Under the pieces are notes generated by a model, which saw nothing but the letters and a program-made list of their open reading frames with translations, had not been told where the DNA came from and made no database searches. DNA of 64,000 bases, taken from NCBI GenBank assembly GCA_965655095.1, contig OZ296648.1, forward strand, positions 146,816,001 through 146,880,000, read 5' to 3'. Positions 1-12,228 of this stretch are shown in pieces (position 1 is the stretch's first letter; each line of letters opens with the position of its first letter). The translations under genes and the position numbers were made by a program. Origin of the DNA: Haplodiscus bocki. Its lineage: Eukaryota.

Positions 1-1598
1 CGCAACTGAAACGATGAAGTGTCTATTTCTCCAGTATGACGAAAGTTGTGTTGTTTTTCTTTCGTAGACTTCGTGGAATTTCCAGCAAGATCTTCTTTGA
101 TTACGTATATCTCCGAGCGTATTTGAGGTGCCGGCAATTTTTTTCAATAGGCGCCTCCGCAAGACTTACAGCAGAAATTCGGCCAAAAAAATTTGAGCCA
201 ACTTGATTTTTCGGAGGAAAATAATAATGTCTCGTTATGTGACATAAAAATATGGCTGTTGGTAAGATGAGAAAGTACTTCCTGCAGTTCAATAGGAGTA
301 AACTGTTGCCTGCATTGCGATTATTGTCGTGTTGATGTCGTCTTTGCGTCATTGCTTGATGGGTTTTGCAGCATCTGAACGGTCAACAAGTTTGTGACAA
401 TGGTTTTCCAGGTGTGACTTGAGTTTTCCGAAAGTGACTCATCGATCAGGAGGCTCTCTTCGAAAGCCTTGGTCCTGCACTTCTTCAGTTTCCCAAAGTC
501 TCCAAAGCAGTGTTCCTGGTGAGTCAGGAAGCTTGCCGCACGTTGTTCTGCATTTGAACATAGGGAAATTTTTTCCGCTGACTTGCTCGTGGGGAGTTTT
601 CAGGGGTCTGGATGTAAGGAAAAATAGTTATTCATTTGGGATCCGCCCCATTTGACAGTTTCTTGAAAAGCTTGCAGGCAAATGAAAGCATTCACTTATC
701 GGTCGGTAATTGCGCGTGTTGCTCGAAACCCACTAAAATTCTTAGCGCCGATTTTTTCTAGAGTTTCAAAAAAACGTGAATTTTAGCTCAGTTGTTCACT
801 TTATTGAAATTACTACTTTACACATCAATTATCCAGCTTAACACTACCATTAGATGCCATAAAAAAATGGAAATGCTTGCCACTTCCCCTGACGAGATCA
901 GCAGTCAATGAAGCTTTTCTTCGAAAAATGTCAAACTCAGCTTCGTACCTGACAAATTGTGTCATACTCAATTCACTGAAAAATCAATCATGAAATTTAG
1001 GAAATATAACATTGTTGTTCATTTTTCAGAAGCATATTCAACGAATTAGAACCTGATAGAATCCGTTCTTTTTCCAAATGTTTGTACAGAGATGGAAATA
1101 GTTTTTACGCTGACATCGCAGAATGTAAATTTTGAAAAACAAAGTATTAGCATAAGCCGGTTCCAATGCACAATTTTCTTTCAACAAATAAATTGTAATT
1201 ACTTTCACCAAAATTTAAAAAACTCATCTCTAATGAACAACCAAGCCCAGAACGCTTGACAAGGCTCGCAAAACATTGAAGGAGGAAACACTTTACCACA
1301 CGCAAACGCCAAAAAAGGGACATTTTTGCGGGAAAAAAATAGACTTACTTTTCGGACCCCTATCTGCGACTTAAATGCGTATTATCTTGCGCTCTACACC
1401 AACGGGACCTCTATAGAACCGCTTTTTCCGAGTTGGAAACAAAAAAAACTCAAAATTTTTTGGTCTTTACAGCAGTAGAGAAAAAAGAATCATTGTAGTA
1501 GTCGCCCTTTTACAAAAGTGAAGCGCCGACCAGAAACGACAAAACAGATGAAAGAGCAAAGCGTTTCCAGGAGTGGCCAAGGAAGTTAAAGCACGAGG

Positions 1599-1604
1599 CT
1601 CCAG
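1599..1604 (+). repeat. Left 6-bp target-site duplication CTCCAG
   Basis: Identical to 22833-22838; 6-bp TSDs are typical of Polinton integrases. Confidence 0.93.
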
Positions 1605-2285
1605 AGCAGTAGAAGAGTGAGCAGAGCCGGTGGGGGGGTTGAAGACCCTATGTATTAAGGTAGGCTATAGCGAGCCGAGTCGAGTCGAGTTCTGATTGGC
1701 TGACGACTACGGTGACGAAATACTCGAATTTGATTGGCTGCCGACGGTAATGTATTAAGATAGGAAATAGTTCGGCTCAATGTATTAAGATAGGGCATAG
1801 GTCGGTTCAATCTATTAAGATAGGGTATAGTTCGGTTCAATGTATTAAGATAGGGTATAGTTCGGCAATGTATTAAGATAGGGTATAGTTCGGCAATGTA
1901 TTAAGATAGGGTATAGTTCGGCTCAATGTATTAAGATAGGGTATAGTTCGGCTCAATGTATTAAGATAGGGTATAGTTCGGATCAATGTATTAAGATAGA
2001 GTATAGTTCGGCAATGTGTTAAGATAGGGTATAGTTCGACATTGTGTTAAGATAGGCAGTGCCCCTACGTAGTATAGGGGATGGGGTGTTCACAACGGGA
2101 GGGGGGTCCTTTGCAAATGTGTGGTTTACAACGGGTCTAATCCTTCTTTTTTTGGAGACTTTCTGTGGGCCTGCATCTTTTATTACGCGTTGGGTTGGAA
2201 TATTACGCATGCGGATATTTCATTACGCGTGCGGATACTGATATGACTTAATTCTATGTAAGAAGATTGTATTAATGTTTTAAAA
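1605..2285 (+). repeat. Left terminal inverted repeat (~680 bp)
   Basis: Reverse complement aligns with 21686-22832, from the terminus through GCGGATACTGATATGACTTAAT...AGATTGTATTAATG. Confidence 0.92.
1749..2056 (+). repeat. Tandem array in left TIR, ~10.5 units of 28/30 bp (AATGTATTAAGATAGGGTATAGTTCGG[NN]C)
   Basis: Units start at 1749, 1779, 1809, 1839, 1867, 1895, 1925, 1955, 1985, 2013 and (partial) 2041. Confidence 0.95.
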
Positions 2286-2358
2286 AATTAATTAAAGTGT
2301 AAAAATAAAACGAAAGACATTGTATAACCTGCACAATTACATTTGAGAAACTGAATAT

Positions 2359-2752
2359 TTACATGAAATTACCTATGAATGAAAGTACATTAACATCGTG
2401 AACTCCGGTAAATTCTTTTTGCCGGAATTTGAAGAGATGAAAAGTTGCATATATCGTGTAGAAACCGCAAACGCTGAGTTGGGACTGTAGTGGTTCTGGC
2501 ATCATCGGTTCATAATGTTGCTTGAGGAAACTGTACTTTTTATGATCAAGAGAGTCTGCAAATTACAATATTTGAGGAAAGTTTGCAATCATTATCCAAT
2601 GCTCACCCTGCATATTGCTGGGTTGCGTATTTATACTGGCAAAAGTGTCATTGTCAAGAGTTGGAACATAGTCAGAGAAAAAAAAGCCACGGTACCGATA
2701 CTTGAATAGTAGCATGCGGTAAATTATTTGCTGGAGAGAAACTTTAACTAGT
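2359..2752 (-). pseudogene. Polinton adenain-like (C5) cysteine protease, frameshifted
   Basis: INTQPSNMQGEHWIMIA (catalytic His) in ORF 2563-2820, then PLQSQLSVCGFYTIYA (Gln/catalytic Cys) in another frame. Confidence 0.88.
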
Positions 2753-4099
2753 TTAGATGTTTTTTCCAACACCACCAAACTTGTCAACTGCAACCGAAGA
2801 CATTCGTTCTCCCAATACAATGAGTTCAGTAACGTGTTCTGGAGGAAAAGTGAAGTTTAGCTCCAGCTTCAGCGGTTCTCCAACTAGTTCTGGGTGATGA
2901 CAATTTTCCGAAGCATCTTGCATTGAAGTCAAATCAAACACTAGTACATAGTGGTCTTTGAAATTATCAATTGGAATTGAAGGGATATCATGTTGAAAGT
3001 TCATTGCTTTTATTGCTGTCACATAAAGGCGAAAATTATCAGCAGCATCCAATTCTACGATTGGCTGACGTCTTCTCAGTATTCCAATTGGTCTGAGATC
3101 AAATTGTTGATACCAAAATTGATTTTCAGTATAAGATCCAGTGAATGCAGAGTTTTTATTCATTGCAACATCAATCCGACGAACTGGATTTGTGTTGAAT
3201 ATGTTTTCTTGAATGAACTGGTTTTGTCTGGCAGGAATGATGAAAACTTTTGCAAGAATTTCCAAACTGTTGAACTCCACAGGAGTGAAAGCAAGCATGT
3301 CCGTTCGTTTCTTGTGATAATCATCCTTGAGAGCAATAGGACGAGTGTAAAGTGAACAATCAACAATTACAAGACTGACGTTGGGGTTGTCGCTAATCAT
3401 GTCGAAAGTAGGTCTGCCTCTTGTTAGTCCTAGCCTGATTTTCATCTTTGGATGTAACAATTGACAAGTGGAGAAAAAGTCAACCCCCAATTTACCATAC
3501 AACATGAGGCCATCAGGTTGGCTTAGCATTTTCATTCTCCTTGGGAAAGAAGGTTCAGACAAAGGCGCTTCCTTAATTTCATCAATAAATTATTCATAGT
3601 CGTACCCCTCGCAGTGCATAACTCCCTTGTATTCAGAGATGGCTTCCTTGAAGTTGTTGGAAATGTAGGACTTGTGCGCATACAATCCATTAGAGTTGTA
3701 AGTTTGCTGATTGTTCATGTACACTTCAACATTGGAAAAAATTGAGTGCAAAATGTTGTTTACATGAGTAATGAGAGGAACTGGCGCCTCCTCCTCCGCC
3801 GTCTCTTCGTTATCCGCTTTTGATTCTTCTTTGTGCTCCCTTTTTACATCTTTGCTGTTGTAAGCTTCGTAACCACGACGCCTGACAAGTTTCAGTTTCA
3901 AAGCCAAGTACGTCTATCTCAAATCAACGTAATAGTTCCGATCCGTTTGAATTTCAAACTCTCTGCGGGTTTCATCGACTGAGGTAGTAGGATAGATTTC
4001 TTGTTAATTGGACGACAAGTCATCGTCAACTACTGGGACTTTCCCTCCAAGATTTCCAGAAACTGCCACAAAAGGCTGGTACCGAAAATTACTCGACAT
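2753..4099 (-). pseudogene. Polinton major capsid protein (double jelly-roll), disrupted
   Basis: EFEFQTDRNYYVDL..TYLALKLKLV, VNNILHSIFSNVEVYMN, LYAHKSYI, IPARQNQFIQENIF, AFTGSYTEN, YVLVFDLT and LKLELNF match Maverick MCP motifs. Split across ORFs 2753-3562 and 3590-3907. Confidence 0.88.
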
Positions 4100-4460
4100 G
4101 ATTAATGAGAATTGTTTGTGAAAATGTCTCTTCGCAACTGACTGTTTCGTTTTTCAGATTTTGTTGGAACGACTCTGCTCGCAGCCTTTTTCCACTACCC
4201 AACTGTTTCCTCAGAGTCTGTCTTTTCACACTCTTTGCAGCTGTCTTGAATTTTTTTCCACTACCAACAACCTCTGCAATTTCTGGCACAACAATTTCCA
4301 GCAAGTCAACACCTACGCGTTTTGCAGCTGGGACGATACATTTACGCAAAAACAGAATTCTGGTTCTCCCAATAACTTGTGCAAGTGCACCGAATCCCCG
4401 TCCACGTTGTCGACCAATAACTCTATAGAATGAAATCTCTACTTGTCTTGAATTGAAGCA
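4089..4460 (-). pseudogene. Small basic Polinton virion core-like protein
   Basis: RQRGRGFGALAQVIGR...PAAKRVGVDLL...QLGSGK; basic protein with GxGxG adenain-cleavage-like sites, lying between penton and MCP. Confidence 0.6.
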
Positions 4461-4483
4461 ATTATCTTGTAACGTCTTTTAGA

Positions 4484-5287
4484 TTAGAAATGAATGTTGG
4501 AGGTTTTTTCGAACAACAAAACAAGACAAGTGATACCGACAGATACAAAGGGTATTTTTTCAGCGCTCGAGTCTCTCAAGTTAATGTGATTACTACGAAA
4601 AAATATTTTGAGCAGCGGTCTGAATTGTAGGTTACTAAAGGTCTGATAGTTCATGTAGTGTCAAGTAGTTATAATGTCTCCAGCCTTGAGCTTCGAAATA
4701 AAAAGGAAAGCAACCCAGCAATGGTGGTTTCGTGTCACCAACGATATTGTACTCAATTAGGTCCGTGTATATCATGAGAGATAGTTTGCGGACAATGTCG
4801 TAAGCAAATTCTGGTTTGTTAGGTCCTTTCCATCTCAACATTACTCCAAATTCATTACCAACATTACTTCCGAAAATGTGTCCCGGATCCGTGCTAAAGA
4901 CCGCAAGACCATATCTTTCACTTGCAAGGTAAATGTCAACTTTTTGCGTTCTTCGAGACATTTTAACTCTGATACAAATTTCGCTGTGAGTGTGTCTTTT
5001 TTGAAGGAGAGTGTTCATGGCTTCAACAATATCCGTAATGGAAGGGTGAAAAGCAGGTTCCAGATTGTAGAATTCTGACAACTTTGAAACTTTTTGTCGA
5101 AAAACATAAGTTTTTCCTCCGTGACATTTTGGTACATTGATGGGTAGGATAATTCTGACATTGCAACCTCCCATTGACCTTCCAGATTCAGTTGCTCTGG
5201 TAAAAAGTTTGTGAAAGAGCTCAGTGTATTGTCTGGAAATAGTTGTGCCGATGCATTGGAAACCAACTCTACTGTAAACGATTCCAT
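4484..5287 (-). pseudogene. Polinton minor capsid protein (penton), frameshifted
   Basis: MESFTVELVSNAS..FPDNTLSSFTNFLPEQLNLEGQWEVAMSELSYP and MIYTDLIEYNIVGDTKPPLL are typical Maverick penton motifs. Confidence 0.87.
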
Positions 5288-6222
5288 TGTGAAATGACTT
5301 TGATCAACTCTTTCTGATAAAATTTACCGTGGACATTCTCATCTTGTTGATCTTTTTTTTGTGTATGTTGCAGGTTTCTGGAAGAAATTGCAACAATTTC
5401 GAATACTTTTTGTGTTAACTGTGGTTTATAACCCTTCCCGACGCTTAAGTCATACTTCGAGATGCGAACTCCGTCTCCAATTTTAAACTTGGGTTTTCTA
5501 AATTCTCGTAGAAGTTTGCTGTACAGAATGGACAAAAGGTCGGATTTCTTCACATTCTCTGGTATCAAGTCTATCGAACAATTTCTTCTAGATTTTTTTG
5601 TTGTAACAAATTGAGTCAATTTGTGAATGTGCTTGTATCCATTGTCTTCGATGTAACGGTAAAGCGTATTTTTCAGGGATCGTATTGTACGTTCAGCAAA
5701 TGCAGCCTTGGTCTCACTCATCGTTGAGTAAGTTTGTATTCCTTCAGCTTTGCATAGTTTTTCAACCTCTCCAGCAATTTCTGTTCTCTTGTCAACCCGA
5801 TTTTTTTAGGGTCCATTCTGCTGTGTAATGAATATCACAAATGCACGAACAGTTTCTTAGAATGTTTTCATTCTTTTTGCATCTACAGTTCTATCAAACA
5901 GGTCTTGACGAACTAGAACATACATTACACCATTAATACCTTTGGCTACTTTATCAACGTATGCCAAGTCCATAAACATAATTTCATTTTTGAGTCTAGC
6001 AAATGCTTTCATGCGCTTGAATTTACCTGTGGCAAAAACAAATTTTGTATAGGAAGGTTTTGAATGCAAAAATTGTCTCACCTTTGATACTGACAGATGG
6101 CTAGCTTGCACTAAGTTGCACGAAGACTCATGAGCAGCACCACCCTGTGTGTAGAGCCTTTGCAGCTTCTGACGTTCAGATTTTGAAAGGGACCCAGCTT
6201 CCTCTCTCTTTAGCTTTGGCAT
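5269..6222 (-). pseudogene. Retroviral-like (rve) integrase of Polinton, frameshifted
   Basis: MDLAYVDK..YVLVRQDLFDR, DKRTEIAG, KAAFAERTIRSLK (DDE catalytic motifs), and C-terminal FKIGDGVRISK..KGYKPQ..GKFYQKEL. Confidence 0.9.
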
Positions 6223-6586
6223 TCTGATTCAGAATCAGAGCCGGGGAAACACAAGCGGCGTCAAGTAAAGTATAGTAAATGTCTGGAAAGTCTGCGTTTT
6301 TACGACGCAGTTCTCGAGCAAAATTCAACAAGAAAAATCCAGTTTCTACACCATCATAACTTAAAGTTTGTAAAGTTGAGAGCTTGATACGTGGACAAGA
6401 CAAAATTTTGTCCACTAAAGTGTCTGGTTTGGAAAATGAATTTTTATTTATCTCCTTCTTAAGTGAATCAATTTGATGCGTGGGATTTTGTGGAGGTTAA
6501 TATTTTGGAAGTTCTTGCTTCGTAACTGACTGGGTAATCAAACTTTTGTTGTACACAGAAGCAGGAACGAGAACAAACTGCTCCAT
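6176..6586 (-). pseudogene. Polinton hypothetical protein (MEQFVLVPASVY...)
   Basis: ORF 6176-6415 extends upstream through one stop to an ATG at 6586; packed against the integrase start. Confidence 0.5.
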
Positions 6587-6599
6587 ATCAAGACAAATT

Positions 6600-6890
6600 G
6601 TTAATTACGGGAGGAGTAATAACTTTGATGATCTGTGAGCCCCTATCGGACTCAAGAATGTCTCTTCTTTGCTTCCAAGTTGTACGTTTTGGAGACAATA
6701 CTCAAACCTCGCTTTGAGGTTTTGCCACCTGATGTCTTTTTATGCTCTGCAGGTTTGCTTTGAGCACATTTATTATGCATTCGCAAAGAAACCGTATAAA
6801 GTAATTTGGATAAGACTGAAGGAAAACAGCTTTGCTTTTGTGGGAAAATGATTGGAACACTTGGAGAGTAGAAAGATTTTGTGTGTTCAA
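6600..6890 (-). pseudogene. Small basic Polinton protein with CEC..N motif
   Basis: FIRFLCECIINVLKANL...KQRRDILES.RG..IIKVITPPVI resembles a small conserved Maverick structural ORF; contains an internal stop. Confidence 0.5.
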
Positions 6891-6899
6891 CGTCCAAAA

Positions 6900-7553
6900 T
6901 CTTTGATTCTTTCAGCCGGTCCGGGATATAAGTTTTAGTGTGAATGGATCCGGTGTTTGTTCAAAAACGTAATCGATTGTCTGTGCGTGGCGACAAGTCA
7001 ATCAATAATTGACCGTAGGGATCAGATGTTGCGTCTCGATACAAGTGAAGTAACTCTGATCCGAGTCCCAATTGTGCACTAAGCGTACTGATTTGCATCA
7101 CACCACAGGGAGACATGAAAAGAACAAGGTGCTTGTTCTGGAGGTCAACGTCTCGTCCAATTTTGCTTTGATGAAACAAGTTGTGCTTAATGTAAATAGT
7201 ACTCAATCCACGATGTCTTCCAGCAGTAGCAAAACTAACAAATGCTTTTGAATTGCAAATCTCTTCACATGAATCGTCAAAGATTAACAAGTATTTTGTA
7301 CCGTTGTTTTTCAACGAATCTGTAATTTCAAAGTTTACACCTTGAACAAACTCAAGATTTTCAGTATGTTATGGGCATAACATCATAAAGTGTCTGTGAG
7401 TGTTGATTAAAAAAGTAAATTTTGTCAAATTTTGGTTGAAAGGTTCCATTTTCGAGCCAATTGTGAATTGTGTAGAAGTTGTGACTTTCTCGTCTCAGAG
7501 GGACCTGCCAATGATATGAAGACGCGATTTTTTGTAGAAATTAACTTGTTCCT
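6900..7553 (-). pseudogene. Packaging ATPase (A32/FtsK-HerA-like), disrupted
   Basis: Degenerate Walker A FISLAGPSETRKS, Walker B YLLIFDD and GRHRGLSTIYIKHNLF. Confidence 0.88.
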
Positions 7554-7859
7554 AGTCTTGGTGAGGGTAAAATGAAAACCTGCTGCACTGCATTGAATTC
7601 CCTCCCAAACAGTGGATTCGTCACAAGATTTTCAAAGACAAATTCACCAAAAGTAACCAAAGATTATCAACAAAATCACAAAAAGTTGGGACAAAAACAC
7701 AAAGATCTGGAACGGGTCTGTCCCAAACAGGCCCACGATTTTTTCTCTTGATTGTTGTCGTCAAAGATTATTTCACCTAGATTATTATTATTTTCTTGAT
7801 AAGTCATCCGCCTTGTACGCTCAATTTCTCAATAATGAATCTCGAAGAAAAAGATTGAA

Positions 7860-8681
7860 TGGTTTCAAAAAATTTATTTTCGTAGATAGTGACAATACAT
7901 TTCACCTTACAAAATTTACAACATTAAATGTCGCATTATCCAGTCACCAAAGAAATTTGCTTTACGCTCTGCAAAGTGAAGTGTGGTCTTGTGTCTGAAT
8001 GGGTAACTCGAGCAAATCCAAATTTCTTCATCAACGTGATCTTGAAAATTGGGACAGCCGTGATCTTCCGAAGTTTCCACCTCCTTATCCAATAAATTGC
8101 CAAGAATCTTACATTTTTCTGTTGATACTGCAAAGTATTCACCATTTACAGATTTCATTACATCAAGTAAATAGATAAATTCTTCAAGTTTTTAATTCAC
8201 ATAGACAAATTGTTGAAACTTCTCGTCCTCTGTCTTCCTTGCAAATATTTGGAATTGAGCATAAGAAATCTCAGGCTTGTCCACATCGTACCGCTGCAGA
8301 GTCACACAAATCCTTCTGTGTGCTCGGTCCACAACGTCAAGTACCTTGTGAGCCAGTTTGAGTTGTTCATCCATGTCTTTGGACATTGTAGGTATCAGCA
8401 CTGGGGTCAAATTTTCCTCTCTAGCAAAAATTTCTGCGACATTGACCAGCTGATTCCTCAATGGGATAAACTGGTTAAAACCCGCCTCTCCCATTGTGAA
8501 ATTTTGGACCACTCACGACTCTTGTTGTCATCTTTCTTGATTACTTTGAGTTTTACATCCAAGAAAGGGGAATCATTTTTCGACCAGGAAAATTGTCCAA
8601 ATCTGTCTAAACATTTACCAAAAAACCACATAGTCGGTACAAGTTAGCTTGTCCAAGGAAGCAGTAGTGTTGTAAGCCATG
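7860..8681 (-). pseudogene. Polinton accessory ORF relics (MAYNTTASLDKLTCTDY... and downstream ORF)
   Basis: Overlapping ORF fragments 7916-8158, 8192-8512 and 8615-8681 read as frameshifted protein-like sequence; function unknown. Confidence 0.5.
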
Positions 8682-8912
8682 GGTGAACGAGATAGAATGC
8701 TGGTTGCTGAAAGAAGTGACTTATTTTTGTGAAAGATAATTAAAGAATAATTTTGAAGTTGCATTTCGTTACTTATATACGCATCGTTTTCGGTCCTTGT
8801 CAGGTGACATTTCCTTATTTGGAACCTTTTTTCTTTTTTTGTAGGTTTGTACAAAACGTAGTAGTATGTTATTTATCAAATTCATTTCTTCAGAAAACGA
8901 CGCAGCAATCAA

Positions 8913-9500
8913 ATGGCAGCTGTAATGATGCAAAAGGTTCCCAGTTTTTATACAAATTATTCAGAAAAAACAGCCTCTTTTTTTTCTTCAAATACATGTG
9001 AAAAATATATTGTGAGTGAAAAATATTGTATTGCTCGCCATGATGACAAGATGTGCTTCTTCGTACCCAATTGTAGATATCACATTATACTAAGAGGAAA
9101 CATTAAGGAGTTGCTACAGAAAATGGATGCATTCTGTTTCAATTACCAACACGTGGACTGTCTGTATACACTTTTCAAGTACCGCTTCAGTGGCAAAATT
9201 GTTGTCAAGAGTGGACAACTCTTTGATAATCTGCAGAGGGCTGCTCATTTCAACCACCAAAAGAAAGGAGTGGACAGAATGCCCAGCAACGCGAAAAAGA
9301 GACCCTTGAGGAAAAAGTACAAAAGACATTTGTTGAGCTCCTTCCCAATGACCAAATCGACGCAAACTATTGAATCAGTCTTTCCAGACAGAATTGAACA
9401 CATTAGAAAGACTAAATTTGAGTTAGAACTGATAAAAATTCTAGATTGTTTTCCAGATGGTCATGTTAGCTATACTAGTGATTTAGTATCTTTAAATTAA
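8913..9500 (+). CDS. Polinton accessory hypothetical protein, 195 aa, uninterrupted
   Basis: ATG in AAAATGG context; protein-like composition with a basic NLS-like stretch (KKRPLRKKYKR); no recognisable family. Confidence 0.6.
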   Translation: MAAVMMQKVPSFYTNYSEKTASFFSSNTCEKYIVSEKYCIARHDDKMCFFVPNCRYHIILRGNIKELLQKMDAFCFNYQHVDCLYTLFKYRFSGKIVVKSGQLFDNLQRAAHFNHQKKGVDRMPSNAKKRPLRKKYKRHLLSSFPMTKSTQTIESVFPDRIEHIRKTKFELELIKILDCFPDGHVSYTSDLVSLN

Positions 9501-9512
9501 AATCTTTGTAAA

Positions 9513-9698
9513 CTAACCAGTTCCTGAATTCCAAACAGATTTGTAAAAATTCATGGGTAGTGCAAATGATATAGTCATCACACCCATCAAGAACCCAATT
9601 GCCATAAAGAACGCAATAACCAAAAAGATAGTACCAAACGTGAGACAAACACATGCCACACACTCGAAAAAAGTCTTTTTACACCAAGCCGTCGTCAT
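9513..9698 (-). CDS. Small hydrophobic (transmembrane) hypothetical protein, 61 aa
   Basis: Long hydrophobic stretch VACVCLTFGTIFLVIAFFMAIGFLMGVMTISFAL; converges on the 195-aa ORF. Confidence 0.4.
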   Translation of the reverse strand: MTTAWCKKTFFECVACVCLTFGTIFLVIAFFMAIGFLMGVMTISFALPMNFYKSVWNSGTG

Positions 9699-9774
9699 TT
9701 TCCCACAACTTGTTCTTTGATGTTGGTAGCACTTTGATGATATTTAAGCGAGAATCTCAGAAAACGAGTTGAAA

Positions 9775-10175
9775 GGCAGATTTTGAAATGAAAATTTTAC
9801 AACGTGTCAGATTTTAAAATGAAAAAAAGACAACGCGTCAGATTTTGATTTGAAAAATTTGGAACGCGTCAGATTTCGGATCAGAAAAATACAACGCGTT
9901 AGATTTTGAAATAAAAAGTTTTCGACATAACAGATTTTGAAAAATTTTTTATTTCCAAAAAATTACGTTTTAGTTCACTTTAATCCGTGAAAAGGACATA
10001 TTTTGCATTTTTCGTGCTTTTTAAGAAGCATGATTTTGTTTTGAAAATTTAATTACGTGTCAGATTTTTAATTGAAAAAAATACAACGCGTCAGTTTTTC
10101 AATTGAATTTTTTTCGTGTGGTCAGATTTTGGATTTAAAATAACTCAACCTGTCAGAATTTAAATTGAAAAATTT
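9775..10175 (+). repeat. Imperfect ~31-bp tandem array (ACAACGCGTCAGATTTT core), two clusters
   Basis: About 10-11 copies of (AC)GYGTCAGATTTT at ~31-bp spacing, with an ~85-bp interruption. Confidence 0.85.
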
Positions 10176-10546
10176 CATTCATTTCAACCTTAAATTATAA
10201 GCTAGTCCCACCACATGTACTTTTCACATCGTTTTCTTCCGTAAAACCATGTACAGTTACAACCCACAATATCTTCGTAATCTAGATATTAGCACTCGCC
10301 ACCGTTCAAACAATACTTCTTGTACTCGTTTTCGCAAAGGCCTTCACTTTTCTTTTGCTATGGTGTTCCACTTTAATCTCTGTATGGGCTTAATTTACGC
10401 AGAAACTTGCTTCTACTAGTGAAACTGTTGATATCGATACTACAACTGCTTTGGTCTCACACATGTTTGACTAGTTTTTGAAAAAGATTATGATAAAATG
10501 AAACACCTTAATTATAATTTATACCAAAACACGAATACGGTAATAC

Positions 10547-11128
10547 CTAGTGAAACAAATTTCTGTAAACATAATCAAGAATATTTCCTATTCTTGTTCC
10601 AAATGGACGACTTCTCAACAATGCAGGGGGTCGTGTTGGTCTCTCAGAAACTGGTGTTGTTGGAGGAGGAGAGTTCTCCTTGTCTTCTTCTTCGTCGAGC
10701 AGAAGGGGTTTTTTTGCTGAACCTCCCATCTCCAAGTCGTCAAACGCTGTTGACGAGAAGGGAGTATCAATGCCTGGTCTAAAAAGAGCCTCTATTTACA
10801 CTTGATCAATTTCCCAGTAGAATTCAACATCTTCCAGGTCAGCAGACACCTGATACCCGCTTGTGTCCATATCTTGTGCACCTACACTTGAAACTACTTC
10901 GTCCCTCATTTCATGTGTTCCTTGCTGGTTAGGGGTAACTGGAACTCGCGCTAGATGGTTGCTCAAGAACTGTTGTTTTTGAGATAACAGCAAGCTCCAA
11001 GCTGCCAGAGGAATTTCTTGGGATCTTATTGTCATTTCCTGGACGAGATCTCTTACATTTAGAGTCACTGAATCTGGTCCAAAAACAAGAGACCACTCAG
11101 TACCGTCGTTGAAGACTGAGAAAATCAT
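10547..11128 (-). CDS. Two Polinton accessory hypothetical ORFs (110 aa and 62 aa)
   Basis: ORFs 10796-11128 and 10547-10735 (acidic then Pro-rich); may be one split gene. Confidence 0.45.
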
Positions 11129-11296
11129 GTTCCTTTAGTGTAGACTAAAAGTGTATAAAGTAATAATGTAAAAGAAGTTTTGGTTAACTGTATCAACCAA
11201 TGGGGTGTCGACACGATCAAGCCATAAATGGAAATATTTCTGCGTTTTTTGGTTCAGGTTCGGATGGGCTTGGATCTGATGGGCGGAGAAATATCT

Positions 11297-12125
11297 TCAA
11301 AACTGGCGATGGCTTTTCTTTTTCGTAGTTGTGACTCGTCTTTCTTCAAAACAATGTGTACCATCACCGCCAAACAACATAATTGTCGGTTTTCGGTCCT
11401 TAAAAGAATTATTCAAAACGTGGCAGCAGGCTTCGCATTTCTTACAGTCGTAGAACCTCGTCGTTCTTTTGGTTGAAATGGAAACACACTTTTCATTTCT
11501 ACATGTTGGACAATACACAACTCTGATAGTCTCTTGTACTTTGTTGTCAACACGCAATTTTTTCTTTCTATATTTGGTTGCTCGAACTGGGACAATAAGT
11601 AACAATTGTTTGTTGGATACCAAGTTCATCTTTTTTTAGCAAAGAAAAAGCATGTTTTGTCTGTTTTTGTCGTCTTTACGTGCTATTGTAACTTAAAAGG
11701 AACTTTGTGGACAAATAACCAGGCTCCAGACTTTCCACAACCATAAATGGATCTCGGAGTTGTTACATAACCGTCAAGAGACTCTCATTTCTCTCTGTTG
11801 AAACAATACTTGCCACGACAGTACACATCTCCAATAACAAATTGAATTGATTTTGGTCTCTCTTCAAGAAAGTAAACCCTTGCCCAAACGACCAGAAAAA
11901 GGAATTTGTTTAATCTTCAAAACGATTATTGCGCTCCTGGCACACAGATGCGCATTGTGGACCTTGATAGTCACTTCTGCCGTGAGATTGAAATGTCTTT
12001 TTGTGCAGGCAAATATTACCCGAACACCTTGTATTTGGACAATACACGTCCCCAATGAGAACAATAGTGCTTTTGTCGTAACCACAATCAGGGGTGAATG
12101 CGCTACACAACGTAATTGCTCTCAA
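11297..12125 (-). pseudogene. Cys-rich (zinc-ribbon-like) accessory ORF relics
   Basis: YCPTCRNEKC..YDCKKCEACC; repeated IGDVYC motif (IGDVYCPNTRC, IGDVYCRGKYC). Confidence 0.45.
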
Positions 12126-12228
12126 TTATTTCACACTTCACACTTGTTTGCGACGTTTTATATGTTCTTGTACAGATGGTGATTTTCGCGACGGTTAAGG
12201 TTGACAATTTCTTAACAATAAATTGATT

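Noticed and set aside
1-1598. Possible transposase relic on the minus strand (LTADL.., AITDR-like strings)
   Set aside because: Too degenerate; no consistent catalytic motif set or termini could be established.
2990-5078. Plus-strand ORFs overlapping the capsid genes (2990-3355, 4105-4433, 4878-5078)
   Set aside because: Antisense shadows of recognisable minus-strand Polinton genes.
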